This document shows positions 14,001 through 25,782 of a DNA stretch of 64,000 nucleotides, in pieces. Position 1 is the first letter of the stretch. Every line of letters begins with the position of its first letter. A model generated the notes under the pieces. The model was not told the origin of the DNA, ran no database searches, and saw only the letters and a program-made list of their open reading frames with translations. Position numbers and translations under genes: made by a program. Origin of the DNA: Tubiluchus corallicola (Eukaryota; Animalia; Priapulida); assembly GCA_030141605.1 (NCBI GenBank), contig JAQGDQ010000110.1, forward strand, positions 310,001 to 374,000. Reading direction: 5' to 3'.

Positions 14001-15058
14001 GACAGAGGAAAAAATGGCACAAGAAAAAATGGCACAAATGGAAAAGTAGGTAAAAATGGCACAGGAAAAAAGGCATAAATGGAAAAGTAGATAAAAATGG
14101 CACAAATGGAAAAGTAGGTAAAATGGCACAAATGGAAAAGTAGGTAAAATGGCACATAATGATATATATATTTGATGCAATTAATTCCCATAATAAAACT
14201 AGAATGTGCTCAGTAGGAAGCAGATTTCTGCTAAAGCCGAACAATCTTAAATTTATTTGTCCGATTTTTTTGACTAAAAAAAATTTAAAACAAAGATAAA
14301 CAAATAAACATACAAAAAGGTTCAATGTACACTCTATAGTCTACGCCCGCTTTTTTCCACAAAGTTTCTTGGAAATCTGTTAGATAGTTTTGCATAATAG
14401 GCTTACTGCCATAACCAACAAACGACAACCAAACAAACAAACTGTGATGAAGCATAATTTCCTTGGAAGAGGTAAAAATAACTAAAATAATCATACTCCA
14501 CCGTAACCCTAACCCTAAGCACATATATGACTAAGTTTGCCATTTTTTCTGTGCCATTTTTACCTACTTTTCCATTAATGTAATTTTTCCTGTGCCATTT
14601 TTGCCATGTCATTTTTTTCTGCACATGCCATTTTCACCTGTGCCATTTTTACCTATATTCAAGAATGTGCAGTTCTTCATACAAAAATGAAGGCTGATGA
14701 AATTTGTGTATTAACTATTAATCCATAGAATTAGATAAACCACTTGATTATTGGTTTTTCATAAAATAGAATTAAAATGCCTGGCGTTAGTGCTTAAAAT
14801 AATAGCCACTTTGACGCGAAATCACTATGCCCAACATATATAATATTCCATAAGATTCCATAATATAACTTCAACTTCAACAACAGTCCAACATTAATTT
14901 ACGGGATGGACTGATTAGTTTTCCAAAACGTTACCTATTGTCGATATAAAAGTTGAATTGAAAGCATCTTCGGAAAATCGAAATAACACGCATGTTTTCC
15001 CAACACCAGAGTCGCCAATTAATAACAACTTGAAAAGAAAGTCATAATTTTTTGCCAT
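8027..15058 (-). CDS. RAB8: Ras-related protein Rab-8 (209 aa, 7 exons)
   Basis: Exons 15058-14935, 12810-12750, 11969-11909, 10760-10683, 8842-8753, 8553-8437 and 8125-8027 total 630 nt. Protein: [110 protein letters not shown]...GNKCD...METSAK...FWRCKLL*. The CAAX-type end is typical of Rab8. Confidence 0.97.
8997..9321. mobile_element. Non-autonomous hAT DNA transposon (MITE), 325 bp, in Rab8 intron 4
   Basis: Perfect 14-bp TIR CAGTGGTTCCCAAA (8997-9010 and 9308-9321). Perfect 8-bp TSD AGCTAAAT (8989-8996 and 9322-9329). Confidence 0.93.
13978..14657. mobile_element. Foldback-like element with modular inverted arms, in Rab8 intron 1
   Basis: Left arm (~13978-14157) is tandem AAAATGGCACAAATGGAAAAGTAGGT-type units. 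Right arm (~14538-14657) has the same units in reverse complement. TAACCCTAACCCTAA lies near 14504. Confidence 0.7.
14355..14479 (-). mobile_element. Helentron-associated non-autonomous element (HINE/DINE-1-like), 5' fragment
   Basis: Minus strand reads TTTTTACCTCTTCCAAGGAAATTATG...GTTTGTTTGTTTG...ATGCAAAACTATCTAACAGATTTCCAAGAAACTTTGTGGAA. This matches the recalled HINE 5' layout: T-run, subterminal repeat, GTTT microsatellite, conserved core. Confidence 0.6.
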
Positions 15059-16434
15059 CTTTTTACAGTGTTATTATCAACATTTCGCTTGTTAAATCGC
15101 TACACGGAAACACCCCGCCCGCAACAGTATAAAAGTTGAAAAAGAGAGCCAGTTTAACTATTGCATTTAATTTAGTAGCAAAAACGAAGAGCCGAATCAT
15201 CGCCACGTGCAGCTCCTTAAAAACATTGTAAACAAAGTTGCAAGTGTCAAACGCTCATGCGTATTGGCGTCTCTTGAGCAAAATGTAGAGTATTATATTA
15301 TATAATTTTAACTTCATTAGATCAGTGCGTTGATTATTCTCTATTTCAATAAATACCGTTCTGGGATTACAACTAAATGTCTGCTTTCGTCTTTAAATGA
15401 TCTGTCAGAAAACATGACACAGACCATAACCATACTAAACCTGAAACAGACCATGCAACCTCGGCTAAACACCTGATCATCTAACCATACAAGGAAATTG
15501 TTTTCAAATGTATGTTAAGTACTAGCAATTGGTTTGCAGTGTTGTAGCTATTAATGTTGCTATGTTGATTTTCATAATTTTGCAAGGTTTGCTGATGTTG
15601 TTGTTCCTAACATCGTTCTTGTCATTGCTGTTAATTATGATGGAAAATACCGATGATAATGTTGATGACAATGATGATGACGTTGAGTGTTTTAAATCCC
15701 AGTGATTATCGACCTGTTGACCCTTCACCAAGTCTGGTCTAAGCACTGTAAAAACTGATAAGCAGTAACATACAAGGGAGTTTTTGTGTAAGGCGTGTAA
15801 GTTTTTGTAATATCATTTCTTTAGCATATTGAAGTCATTTTAATAAGGCATCCTGAAAATACATTTTGAAGATCTTTTAGGGAAAAATGTTGAAGGCTCC
15901 CGCTGACGTGGGAAATCCACTCTGGTTTCACTTCTATTTGAATTTATTTATTTCACATCAACAGTCTATCATAGTAGTAACATACATTTCACATACATAT
16001 TTATGATATACATCATTGCGTAATTTTAGTTCAAATTAACAGATATGATGATAGCAATTAGTATCTATTAATGATTATACTACTGCAGCGATTCAAGAAG
16101 CTTATAATAGCTTGTAAGAACGCCGGAATCTGAAATAGAAACAAAGAGGAGAATCTATATACAAAAGCATGAAGGAAAGGAATAAGTTGAAAAATGTTAT
16201 GGCTAGAATGAGAAAAGAACCGAAAAAGATTGGAGAATTGTAGTTATTATGATAGCGCCAATATGCAACCACGTGTAATAAAGAATTCAGTAAATAACAA
16301 TAATACGAACACCCCATGGCTTGCACCATGCTGTGACTTCTAATGGTTTATGGACATTACACTGAAATTAACAAAATTTAATAATGATAGTATTGCAGAC
16401 GATGAACTTTACTGGGTTAAGAGGAAGGAAATAA

Positions 16435-16985
16435 CTATGAAGTACTATACAAGTTGAAGACTTGAAGTTTAAATGTTTCTTTAAATTTTTTAACAGAAGA
16501 GCTATTTCTAACTGAATTGCATAAATCATTCCACATACATGGTCTGGTAAATGTAACAAATTCTTTAGCTACATTTGTTCTGCAATATTGAATCTGAAAG
16601 CGATTGTACCTAGTGTTATGTATTTTATTTGTATTTAATTTCAAGGGATTATCAAAAAATGTTGGAAAATTTTTTTAGTTTTGCGGACATACGTACCTAT
16701 AAACTAAGTTTTACCAAATCATCATATAATAAAATCCTGTTCTCTTTAAAATAATTATTGCCTATATGGAATCTTTTCCGTAAGTTATACATCTGACGGA
16801 TGAATTTGCGTTGCAAAGTTCTGATACAGTTTGATTTACTGGTATATGTTTTACCCCATAGAATTGGACAGTAGCTCAGGTATGGCAAAACAAGACTATG
16901 TATAATAAAGTCATATGTTTTTTGGGAATACATTGTTTTTTATGTGAAATAACTCCTATGTTTTTTGGCAGTTTAACTTTTAGAA
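16435..16985 (-). mobile_element. Degenerate non-LTR retrotransposon (L2/CR1 group) ORF2 C-terminal fragment
   Basis: Frameshifted pieces SLVLPYLSYCPILWGKTY..LQRKFIR and RTN...CMWNDLCNSVRNSSSVKKFKETFK match the post-RT C-terminus of L2/Crack/Daphne-type LINEs. Confidence 0.8.
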
Positions 16986-19900
16986 TATTAACGTGTGCTT
17001 ACTAAGATGTTTACGGAAACAGTTATTGTGGTCTTTCCACAAAAGCTTCTGCAGGCACTGTGACTACCAAGTGGTATTTTTGATGCCTTTTTATTACCTA
17101 AACTAATTTATAGTAAAAGATTTAAAAAAGCAGCGTGGCATGCGCAATGATTCGGCAGAAAACGCCCAGGTGCATGTTTGCTTACATAACAGTGTAGCAC
17201 TAGGTAATCAATTCTAGTTGCAGCCTTCTGAGTACACAGGGCTTGCATATCTCACGGAGAACAAAGTTCAATGCACAGTACGTTTCTTACTAACAGAGGT
17301 GGTTTGTACAATAAAATTATAAGTGAAACCTGAAGTGCGTAGTCTATAAACATCGAAACAGTGATAGTTATAATATTGTTGTTATAATAATTGATATAGC
17401 AGGTCCATTATAATCCGTGTTTGATGTTGCAACAGTTGTTCACTAATCACATGATAAATTATTTATGTATCATACCAGGCTAACCAACTTGCGATTAATG
17501 CGGCTTTAATGATTCGTCTTGATAACATCGAAATAGGACTCGCAACACTGTCAGTAATCGTTTAATAACTGGATACCTCGTTAGCATAATGTTTGGGTAT
17601 ATCTTACAGTGCTATACATTACTACTGTAATAAATACTAGAACTATTTCGTTTGAATAGCACCAAGAAACTAAAAATTAAAAAATGTACCAATTTTCGCT
17701 TTATTAATCTCTTAAAGTCATTAAATAAATTTGCAAAAGAGAGTGCAGCTTTTGCGAAGCCATTGACTGAGTTCGAATCTATGGCATCGTTATAATACGA
17801 CAGGTGAGCAATTTTTTAAAAATTTGTTATGCTTTCGTTGCGTAATATTAAACAGAAAATTTGCTGATTGTGCCGATATCTGATAGAGATAGAAACCTGA
17901 AGTATGTCCATTTTATTCTATCATCAAGCATTTGAATTTTTGATCAATTCTCACAATAAATTAACGGGTTTTATTTTAAAAATCACGCTGTTTCCGTTGC
18001 ACACTAGCAGGTCAGGCACACCAACTGCTAGTGTGTAGTGGAAAATCTCTGACTTTTTTTAACGAACATGATAATTTCGTTGATATTGTGGGCTACTTAT
18101 CAGGCTGGTGTTGTTCTTGTTATTAAGAACTGGAAACCTATTTTAATTTTGTAGCCTTTCCTTTGTTGAATTCAGATTTTCTAACTGTACTACACGAGTA
18201 CGTATTTTCCTATTATAGGAAATGAAAGAAGATTTGTTTCATAAAATTTAAATCAGAGGAGTTGCCAGATAACGTAATAATAATAACAACAGTTTAAATG
18301 TGATTGACGTAGCAACATGACTCAAAGCAATCACAGGAAGGCTACTCTTATTTCAAGTACCAATGTTCGAGTGGATGCTTAGTATGATCTTTAATAAATA
18401 ATCTGCATCTTCAATACGTACGCGTAATAAATTATTTAGACATAACTATACAGTCACAAAAATATAACCACAAGGTAAATTTGGGCATTTCTGATTGTCC
18501 GTTTTGTATCTGTTTCTCAAGAATGCTCTGTATTCTAAATTTGTCCATTTTCTATGTTGAAAAAAGTAAATTCTCATTATTATTTGACTTTACTAATTTT
18601 GTATATTTGTCTCTTTCCATTTTATCATGTTGTCAAATTTCTTTCATCAGCATTCATTATCATCCTCACTTGCTTCACGTCCTCTCCTTTGAAGTTTTTA
18701 ATGTATAACATATGACTTGAAGTTTCACAGTCAGGGTATATTTACAAGTTTAGCTTCCTTAATTAATGCTCTGCAACACGAATCATTTAACTGGGGATTT
18801 AATTAAGCATCTTCCAAAATTTAACTCTTACACAATATTCTACTTCTTATTAACTGTTGAATTATTGAAATTTTTGTGCTGTTTAATGTACAAATTGCAT
18901 TTGTGTTGATACGAAATAACGTACCAAAATGATGACAATTTCCAATCCAGAGCTGCTTAAAAGGATAAACGAAGCTTTGTTCCTCTTTTGTGGCTGTTTT
19001 ATGTACGTATCCTAACTTCACTAATTTATTGTATTATTTATATTGATGTAGCAAACATTATAAATTATTGAATGCGCGCTAGCTTTGTGCTTAATTGCGT
19101 TTCTAACAAACTGGACTGCTGTTATTTAGAGAGTCTTGTGTTCGAAATAAATCGTATAAATAAATAAGCTCACACAACTTGTGCTTGGATGGAAACGAAC
19201 ACAATATGCCCATGAATATAACTGAAATAATGACCCACCCAAAAGTACTCAAAGGTAAAACGTAAGGTAAAGGTAAGCAAGGAGTTTGAAAAAGAGTAAT
19301 TATTTATAGCGATTGTGATGTAAAAAACTCAAACTTACAAAATTGGTAGTAACTTACAAAACCTACAATTACTGAATTTGCAGATTGGTATAATATTAGT
19401 TTAAATCTCACTGAAAGTACATGTATAAATGTCATGCTTAATACACTAAAACATGTTACCCCAGGCAAGAGTGTATCTAAATGAACAACTATTATCTGTT
19501 AGCGAATCCAGACAAGTATCTGGCCATGTTGTATAATGTAAATGATAGTGCAGTTACTGAGAACCAGGTGAAACTCTTTTTACGTGCGTGCAAATTCTTT
19601 CACTCGAAAATTTTCAACTTGCTCTTTTGATGTTAAAAAGATGCTGTTTAAAAGCTACTGTTCTAATTTTTACTGTAGTCATGTAAGGAGTAAACACAGC
19701 GCTGCGCTTTAAACTCTATCCGGGTAGCTTATAATAACGGAATACGAATGATGTTTTAAATTAACATTATGATTTTAGCGCATCTGATATACGCACGAAT
19801 CTCCTTCATTCACTTATGTATAAAATCTGCATATAGCTTTAAAACTAGACTGCTGTTCTCAAATAACACGTATGTTGTTAAATATTATGAATTCTGAAGT

Positions 19901-20353
19901 ACTATACAAATCGAATATGTTCAAATTGTGGAATTAATTTTAATCTCCATTCTTGTAGGTTTAGTGGCTATTTTAGTGACTTTGTATTTATTTTTATTAT
20001 GTCAGTTTGATCTGTAAATCTGTAAATAGTTTTATATGGGACATTATTGCCTGAAACAAAAAGTATGTGAAAAAGGCTTTTGTCAATATATGTAGCAACA
20101 TAAACCAAACTCCTTTAGTGGCAAAAACACTTTATTATTGACTGTCTTTTCTGTACACTACGTTGTGACTACTAGATTAAAACCTGTAACAGCTCAAATC
20201 AGTTGAAACTGGTTAACCTTGGGCAATGCATATCAGAAACCAATCAGGTGAGAAAATGATTCACTGTAGTCTAACTTGCTGTAAAGTTATAATGTTGCTA
20301 AAGTTTATAAAGTTCATAAACAAACTCGTGAATCAGTTCACGACAAAGTATAA

Positions 20354-20359
20354 TGATGG

Positions 20360-20395
<36 letters not shown>

Positions 20396-20490
20396 CGACG
20401 ACGATGATGGTGGTGATGATGATGACGACGACGACGATGATGATAATAACAACAACAATAATAATAAGAAAAACAATAATAATAATAATA
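20354..20490 (+). repeat. Compound trinucleotide microsatellite (GAT/GAC)n-(AAC/AAT)n
   Basis: Directly visible; it explains the poly-D, poly-M and poly-N ORFs. Confidence 0.95.
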
Positions 20491-21165
20491 AAGATTCAAC
20501 ATTATTCAACTTTGGTCTCTGAACACTTTACGTGTTGGGTCTGATTGTAAAGATAAGCAACGCTGGTTATGAAACTGGACGGGTGACTGTTGGACCACAT
20601 TTGGACAGTGTCATGATGACGCAAACACAAATAAAGTAATAAATGCGTGCTTCGTCATTGCAACATGTGAACTTATTGGCGAATCAAAGCTGCTATTAGT
20701 TACTGACTTAGTGGAACTTTTTAAGTTAGTTGCCCATATTAAGCTATCATGTTTAGTTAAAAAAAGCCGCCTTGTAAAAATTCCAGTTAATTCGCATTTC
20801 GGAAATCCGTCTCAGAATTATGCAGACCTATCCTATATTGCTCTGTACTCCAGAAACAAACGTGGTTCCCATATCAGCCACATGTGGGAATCCCCGAGAG
20901 TTTGGATGTGCCAACTGCAGTTGCCTTTCAGTTCTACAACCTTGTTGCAAAAGTTCTGAACGTTCTTAAAATAACCTCCATTAGTTTATTGAGCAATAAA
21001 TTATGAAGTAGCAATGCTAAATCGTGTGTTATCGTGCCGCTGATCATGTAACGTAGTTAAACGCCCTCGCTACGCATTACTTCCGATAATGCGTACGTCG
21101 AAAACTTCTTGAATGGATGGCTACGTCTTCACGCATGTAAAGTCATTCACCATAAAAGGGTATCA

Positions 21166-21409
21166 TGACGTCATCGGGCGGTGAGCTGTTCAAGCTGGTT
21201 TTAAAGTACACAGATGTGAAAAAAGAACTTGTTTAAAATCAACAGTGCAGTTTCTGAAAAGGATGCACAAATCTGGGATCGACTGGTTGATGACAATGAG
21301 TAATGGGCTCTTGCGAGGTGACCTTTCAAAAACTCTGGACGTATCTGACCTTTTTGCAAGCTTACGTCATGCGCTGAGTCACTACAGCTGCCACACGTGC
21401 GTTACGTAA
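21166..21409. promoter_or_regulatory. Candidate enhancer: cluster of bZIP/bHLH motifs
   Basis: TGACGTCA 21166-21173, TTACGTCA 21362-21369, TGAGTCA 21375-21381, CAGCTG 21385-21390, CACGTG 21394-21399, TTACGTAA 21402-21409, in a locally CpG-rich patch. Confidence 0.4.
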
Positions 21410-21704
21410 AACGTTTTTGCGTAGATTCTTCGACGAAAATAAACATTTTCGGTGTCTTATAAAGGGAAATACTGTTGCTTTTCTTACAAGTAAAAAACTG
21501 TGTTACAAGTACTGAGTAAGATGGGAAAACGTGGCTTTTTATTGGAGAATATGCGGCTGACTTATGACCCAGACAGCCAGGTAAGAAATAATGAAACCAA
21601 CATAATTTGAAGTTATAGTACTTGGTGGTATACTCAATAGCAAACAGATTTTTTTTACTAAAATGTTGATTTTTGCAAAATGTCATGATGGTACTATCAC
21701 AACA

Positions 21705-21890
21705 TTATGATCATGATCATCCTCGTTGTTCTTGTATTCTTCATTGTCGTTACTCGTCACAGTCATCATCATCATCATCATTATGATCATCATCATCATC
21801 GTCGTCGTCGTCGTCATCCTCGTCGTTCTTGTAATCTTAATCGTCGTCACTCATCGCAATCATCTTTATCATCATCACCATTATCATTAT
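21705..21890 (+). repeat. Degenerate (CAT/CGT)n microsatellite
   Basis: Directly visible. Confidence 0.9.
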
Positions 21891-24333
21891 ACCACAGTCT
21901 TTCATATTTTATGCAACCTACTACAAAGAGTAATTCGCGCAATTTTAAAATCAGCATTGAACAGTCAACGTTACAGGTTGAACTTTACAAACTCTGGAAA
22001 TGGCTGTTTAAAAATTATTGAATAAAAGGAAAAAGTCGTTTTGTAGAGTTTTTGGAGAACTTTTCGATGGTTTAAATTTAAATTCACTGAATTAATTATA
22101 GTATAGAAGCCTTCCTGCAAACTATAAGAGTCATTCGACTTTTTGGTTATAGATGCGTGCAACAGTTATTTTTAGGAAATGCAGATTTTGATGTATTGCA
22201 ACTTAAAGGCAAGAAAAGGGGATTTAAAATATGTGTCAAAAAAACTTCCACACAAAGTTTATTAGTTAGTATTACGTTTACCTGTATGAAAAACTTGTGT
22301 AATGGAAAAGAAAATTCTTAGTAATTTAAAACATTCGCCACACCTGGCAAAATGGCACTGAATCGCTATCCCAAAGTGCAACACTGATTCGCCAACAGCA
22401 CATTATCTTAATGACAATGTAAAGTAATTTAAACATTTGCTTAATTAGCAAATGGTGTGCCACGAATGCTCTGGTTATTGTTTCAAACTTTATATACGCA
22501 ATGTTATCTAACTTCTTTCAAACGACTTATCGCTAAAATGGCTGCGCCGTATGGTCATCGCAGGAGTTTAAATTTACAATTTTTATACAGCCTTACTGTT
22601 AACACAACCCTGTTTGCGATAAGACAGCATAAGTATATAAATTCCAAGACGGTTTTTTAAAGTTTTATTTATGAAGAGTGTTTTCTTGTGCTTTAAACTA
22701 ACGACAAGTCTTTCTGCTTCGGGCCATTAGCGTTACTAAAAATGTTTTTTTACTTATAATAAACATGATTACCGAGCAAAAGAATTTAATTGGCGTCTGG
22801 CTGCTGCATTAGATGTTGAACAACTGTTTACAACTTACTTTGCCATGTTAAAAAATTAAATTTTTGGGTGGGCACTGCGTTTGTCCAGCGGATGAAGTTA
22901 AGCAGTGCTGGAGTTGTATAGCAAACAGATAGTTGACAGCCAGGGAAATTGCCTCTGGTTTGTTCCATGTGCTATGTGTCTTCAGAAGGGAAACTGCATA
23001 ACCAGCCCAACATGGCGGTACCTACCTCTGTATCTCTTGTATCCTCGACAATGTGATAAATTCCAGCCCCATTACAGTCATTAACATAATAAATAAATCC
23101 TATCGTGAAGGCAGTTTTTTATGGAATTTTCATTGTATTTCTATTGCACATTTTAATTGTGAACAGTTTTAAGTAGTTTTCTTTCTATTTTCTGTTCACT
23201 GAATTTTGTTGATCGATGCTTTGGGGATTAGAAGATTAGACTGCAGTCATTTGTTGTGACTGTGAGTGTCATGGCTGTTTTAAGTAAAAACCTGAAACAA
23301 ACTTTAAATTAAATAAGTATGGTGTCCAATTAACATAAATTAAGTGTGGAGATTATTTCTCTGTTTTCTTACTAGGTAATTACGTTGTACAAATTATGAT
23401 GCGCCAGATCAAAGTGTTTGTAAACTGTTTGTGCACCGTCTGCCAAATTTTTAATATGAACCAGTTCGAAGACTGTATATCTTTAATGTTTGTGATAGCT
23501 TTTGTCCCAGCACGGTTAGTGTAACTTAAAGTTTTTAATTAACACGTTAAATTATTAAGGCAGTGGCTAAAGTGAATTTATATTTATATTTGACTCCTGT
23601 GATCCTGTATAATAGGTGGGCTGTGCACTTTCCCGAGACTTCAAGGAGCATGCGCAGCACTATCATTAATATTATCATCACGCCACTCCAGTTTCATCAT
23701 CACTACGCTACGCTTTCACGAATATTCGAATTACGTAATTTTAAAAGCAAGAGTTATTATGTGCTGGAGCGGCGGGGTCATGTTCTACGTGAGGAAACAC
23801 CCGTTTCATGTTTTTAGAATCTTTGCGCGCTCTAGTTACGCCTATCCACCAACCTCTCTGGTATGTAGGTTAAGCAATCGCTAGGAATACGTGAGGGCGA
23901 CTTCAAGAATTAACTTTCTATGGAATAGTAAGTCAATAGGCACAGCCCATCTACAATAAATAATGTTAGTTTCTGATGAGTAATCTGAGCGAAGATGGTG
24001 TTTTGTTTTATTTGCAAAGCGCAGAGCTTTAAGAATTAACTGCTGTAAAACCATGCTTAGTTGAGCTTATCCATTTTTCTCAATTTTATTAGACAATTAA
24101 TGATTTGAACAAGTGTTTCTGATTTTATGAGCTGTGCGCCGACCCTAGCGCGAGTACAGTTTATTTTTGATGCGTTTAGTATTACTGCTGTGTACACAAA
24201 TAACAACGTATTCCATCATATAAACAACACTTCATTCAGTTAAACTGTTGCTGAACGCAGTTCATGCCATCTGTGCAGAACTGCTTGTGCTAGGTAAGTA
24301 GATTGGGCAGCAGATTGTTGTTGTCAAGTAAGA

Positions 24334-24526
24334 CAGCAGCAACAACTGTAGCAATGACAATGGCAGCAGTGACAGTAACAGCAGCATTAGGAGCACCAAT
24401 TATCAATGCTGCCGTGATGACAACGACGATGACAACAACAACCAATAGCAAGAACGTCATCAACAGCAACAGAAGCAACAACAGCAGCAACAGTAACAGC
24501 AGCAGCAACAACAGCAACAGAAACAA

Positions 24527-24557
<31 letters not shown>

Positions 24558-24600
24558 AACAACAACAACAGCAACAACAACAACAACACCAACAACAACA
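24334..24600 (+). repeat. (CAA/CAG)n microsatellite
   Basis: Directly visible; it gives the poly-N and poly-L ORFs. Confidence 0.95.
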
Positions 24601-25782
24601 CGAAAGGTAATTCAAGTGTACTACACGGTCTTCACTTTAAGTATGAATGGAAATGCGATTAAAGTGAATTCGTTCATGAAATGCAAAGTATGTTAAGTTT
24701 GAATTCTTGCACTTGAAACGTGAGAATTCGCTGAAAACACATCACATTGATTATTCGTTTGTCGGATTCATGATATTTGATCTTTTCCACTTAATTAATT
24801 AATTCGTTAAAGGTATCTTCTGGTTACTTGTCGCATTCCAAGTAAGCTTGTAGAACACTTTTGTCAGCCTTACAAGGAAGTTTAGGCTGCATGCACATGC
24901 TTACATTTTGCGCCTCGTCGGATCCTTTCATGCATGGGCTATAACAAGCAATGCTTTGCATTTTTTCATCGTGTGCCATCATCTGGCTACCACCACCATG
25001 GCGCCCTAAAAATAGCGAAAGTCGTGGGTTGTTGCGCTGCGTTTGGACCCTAAATTACTTTACAAAACGTTGTTGATGATAGAGTTTTTATAATGTACAA
25101 AGTCGACGTGTAATTGGATAGCGTAGAAATTGTTAAAAAATCTGTACTCCACTGTTCACTCTACTGTTCGACTAGACCATCGTTAGAGTAATACCAACTT
25201 TCGCAAATTCTTTGCTACTCAGACATACGAGAAACCTTCACACAATGCTTTAAACCAAAAAATTTGTTTTTAATTACAGTTACATATACAGTCGACATAA
25301 AATTAATCATTCTAAAATTACAAAATTACAAATTGTAAATAGTGCTATTAGATTATACGATCGATTTTAAAAACCTTCATAAAACTGTTCCAACATACTC
25401 TATTCTACCCAATATACAGATAATGCCATGATCCATAATGCTGCCTAAAAACGTGCTTTTTAAAATTCTGTAATGGTGGCAATTGACGCATAAATAATGG
25501 TAAACGACTCTACAATCGTTCGATGACGATTTGACGATTTTTTTTATCTTTTCCTTGTATTTGAAGTTAGTCAGAACGGGTGGGGTCTTTCTTGCCGCTT
25601 TGGATCGACTGCTAGTTTGTGAAGAAACATGAAATGATCAGGCAGTTCTAAACCTGGTTTATAGAAACCGTGTAATAGAGATATCCAGTGATTCAGGTAA
25701 ATTTATTTGCGACGTATACACACGTAAAATTGTTCTAATGCGCAAATTAAGTTTCATTTTTATTCATTTTCAGACAGTTAAG

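Noticed and set aside
13928-14325. Phe/Cys-rich ORFs in three minus frames
   Set aside because: Products of the stop-free tandem units in the foldback arm.
14503-14518. TAACCC telomere-like hexamers
   Set aside because: Only ~2.5 units inside a repeat element; not a telomere or fusion site.
20226-24662. ORFs with poly-D, M, N, H, I or L tracts
   Set aside because: Translations of trinucleotide microsatellites; no domain similarity or exon structure.
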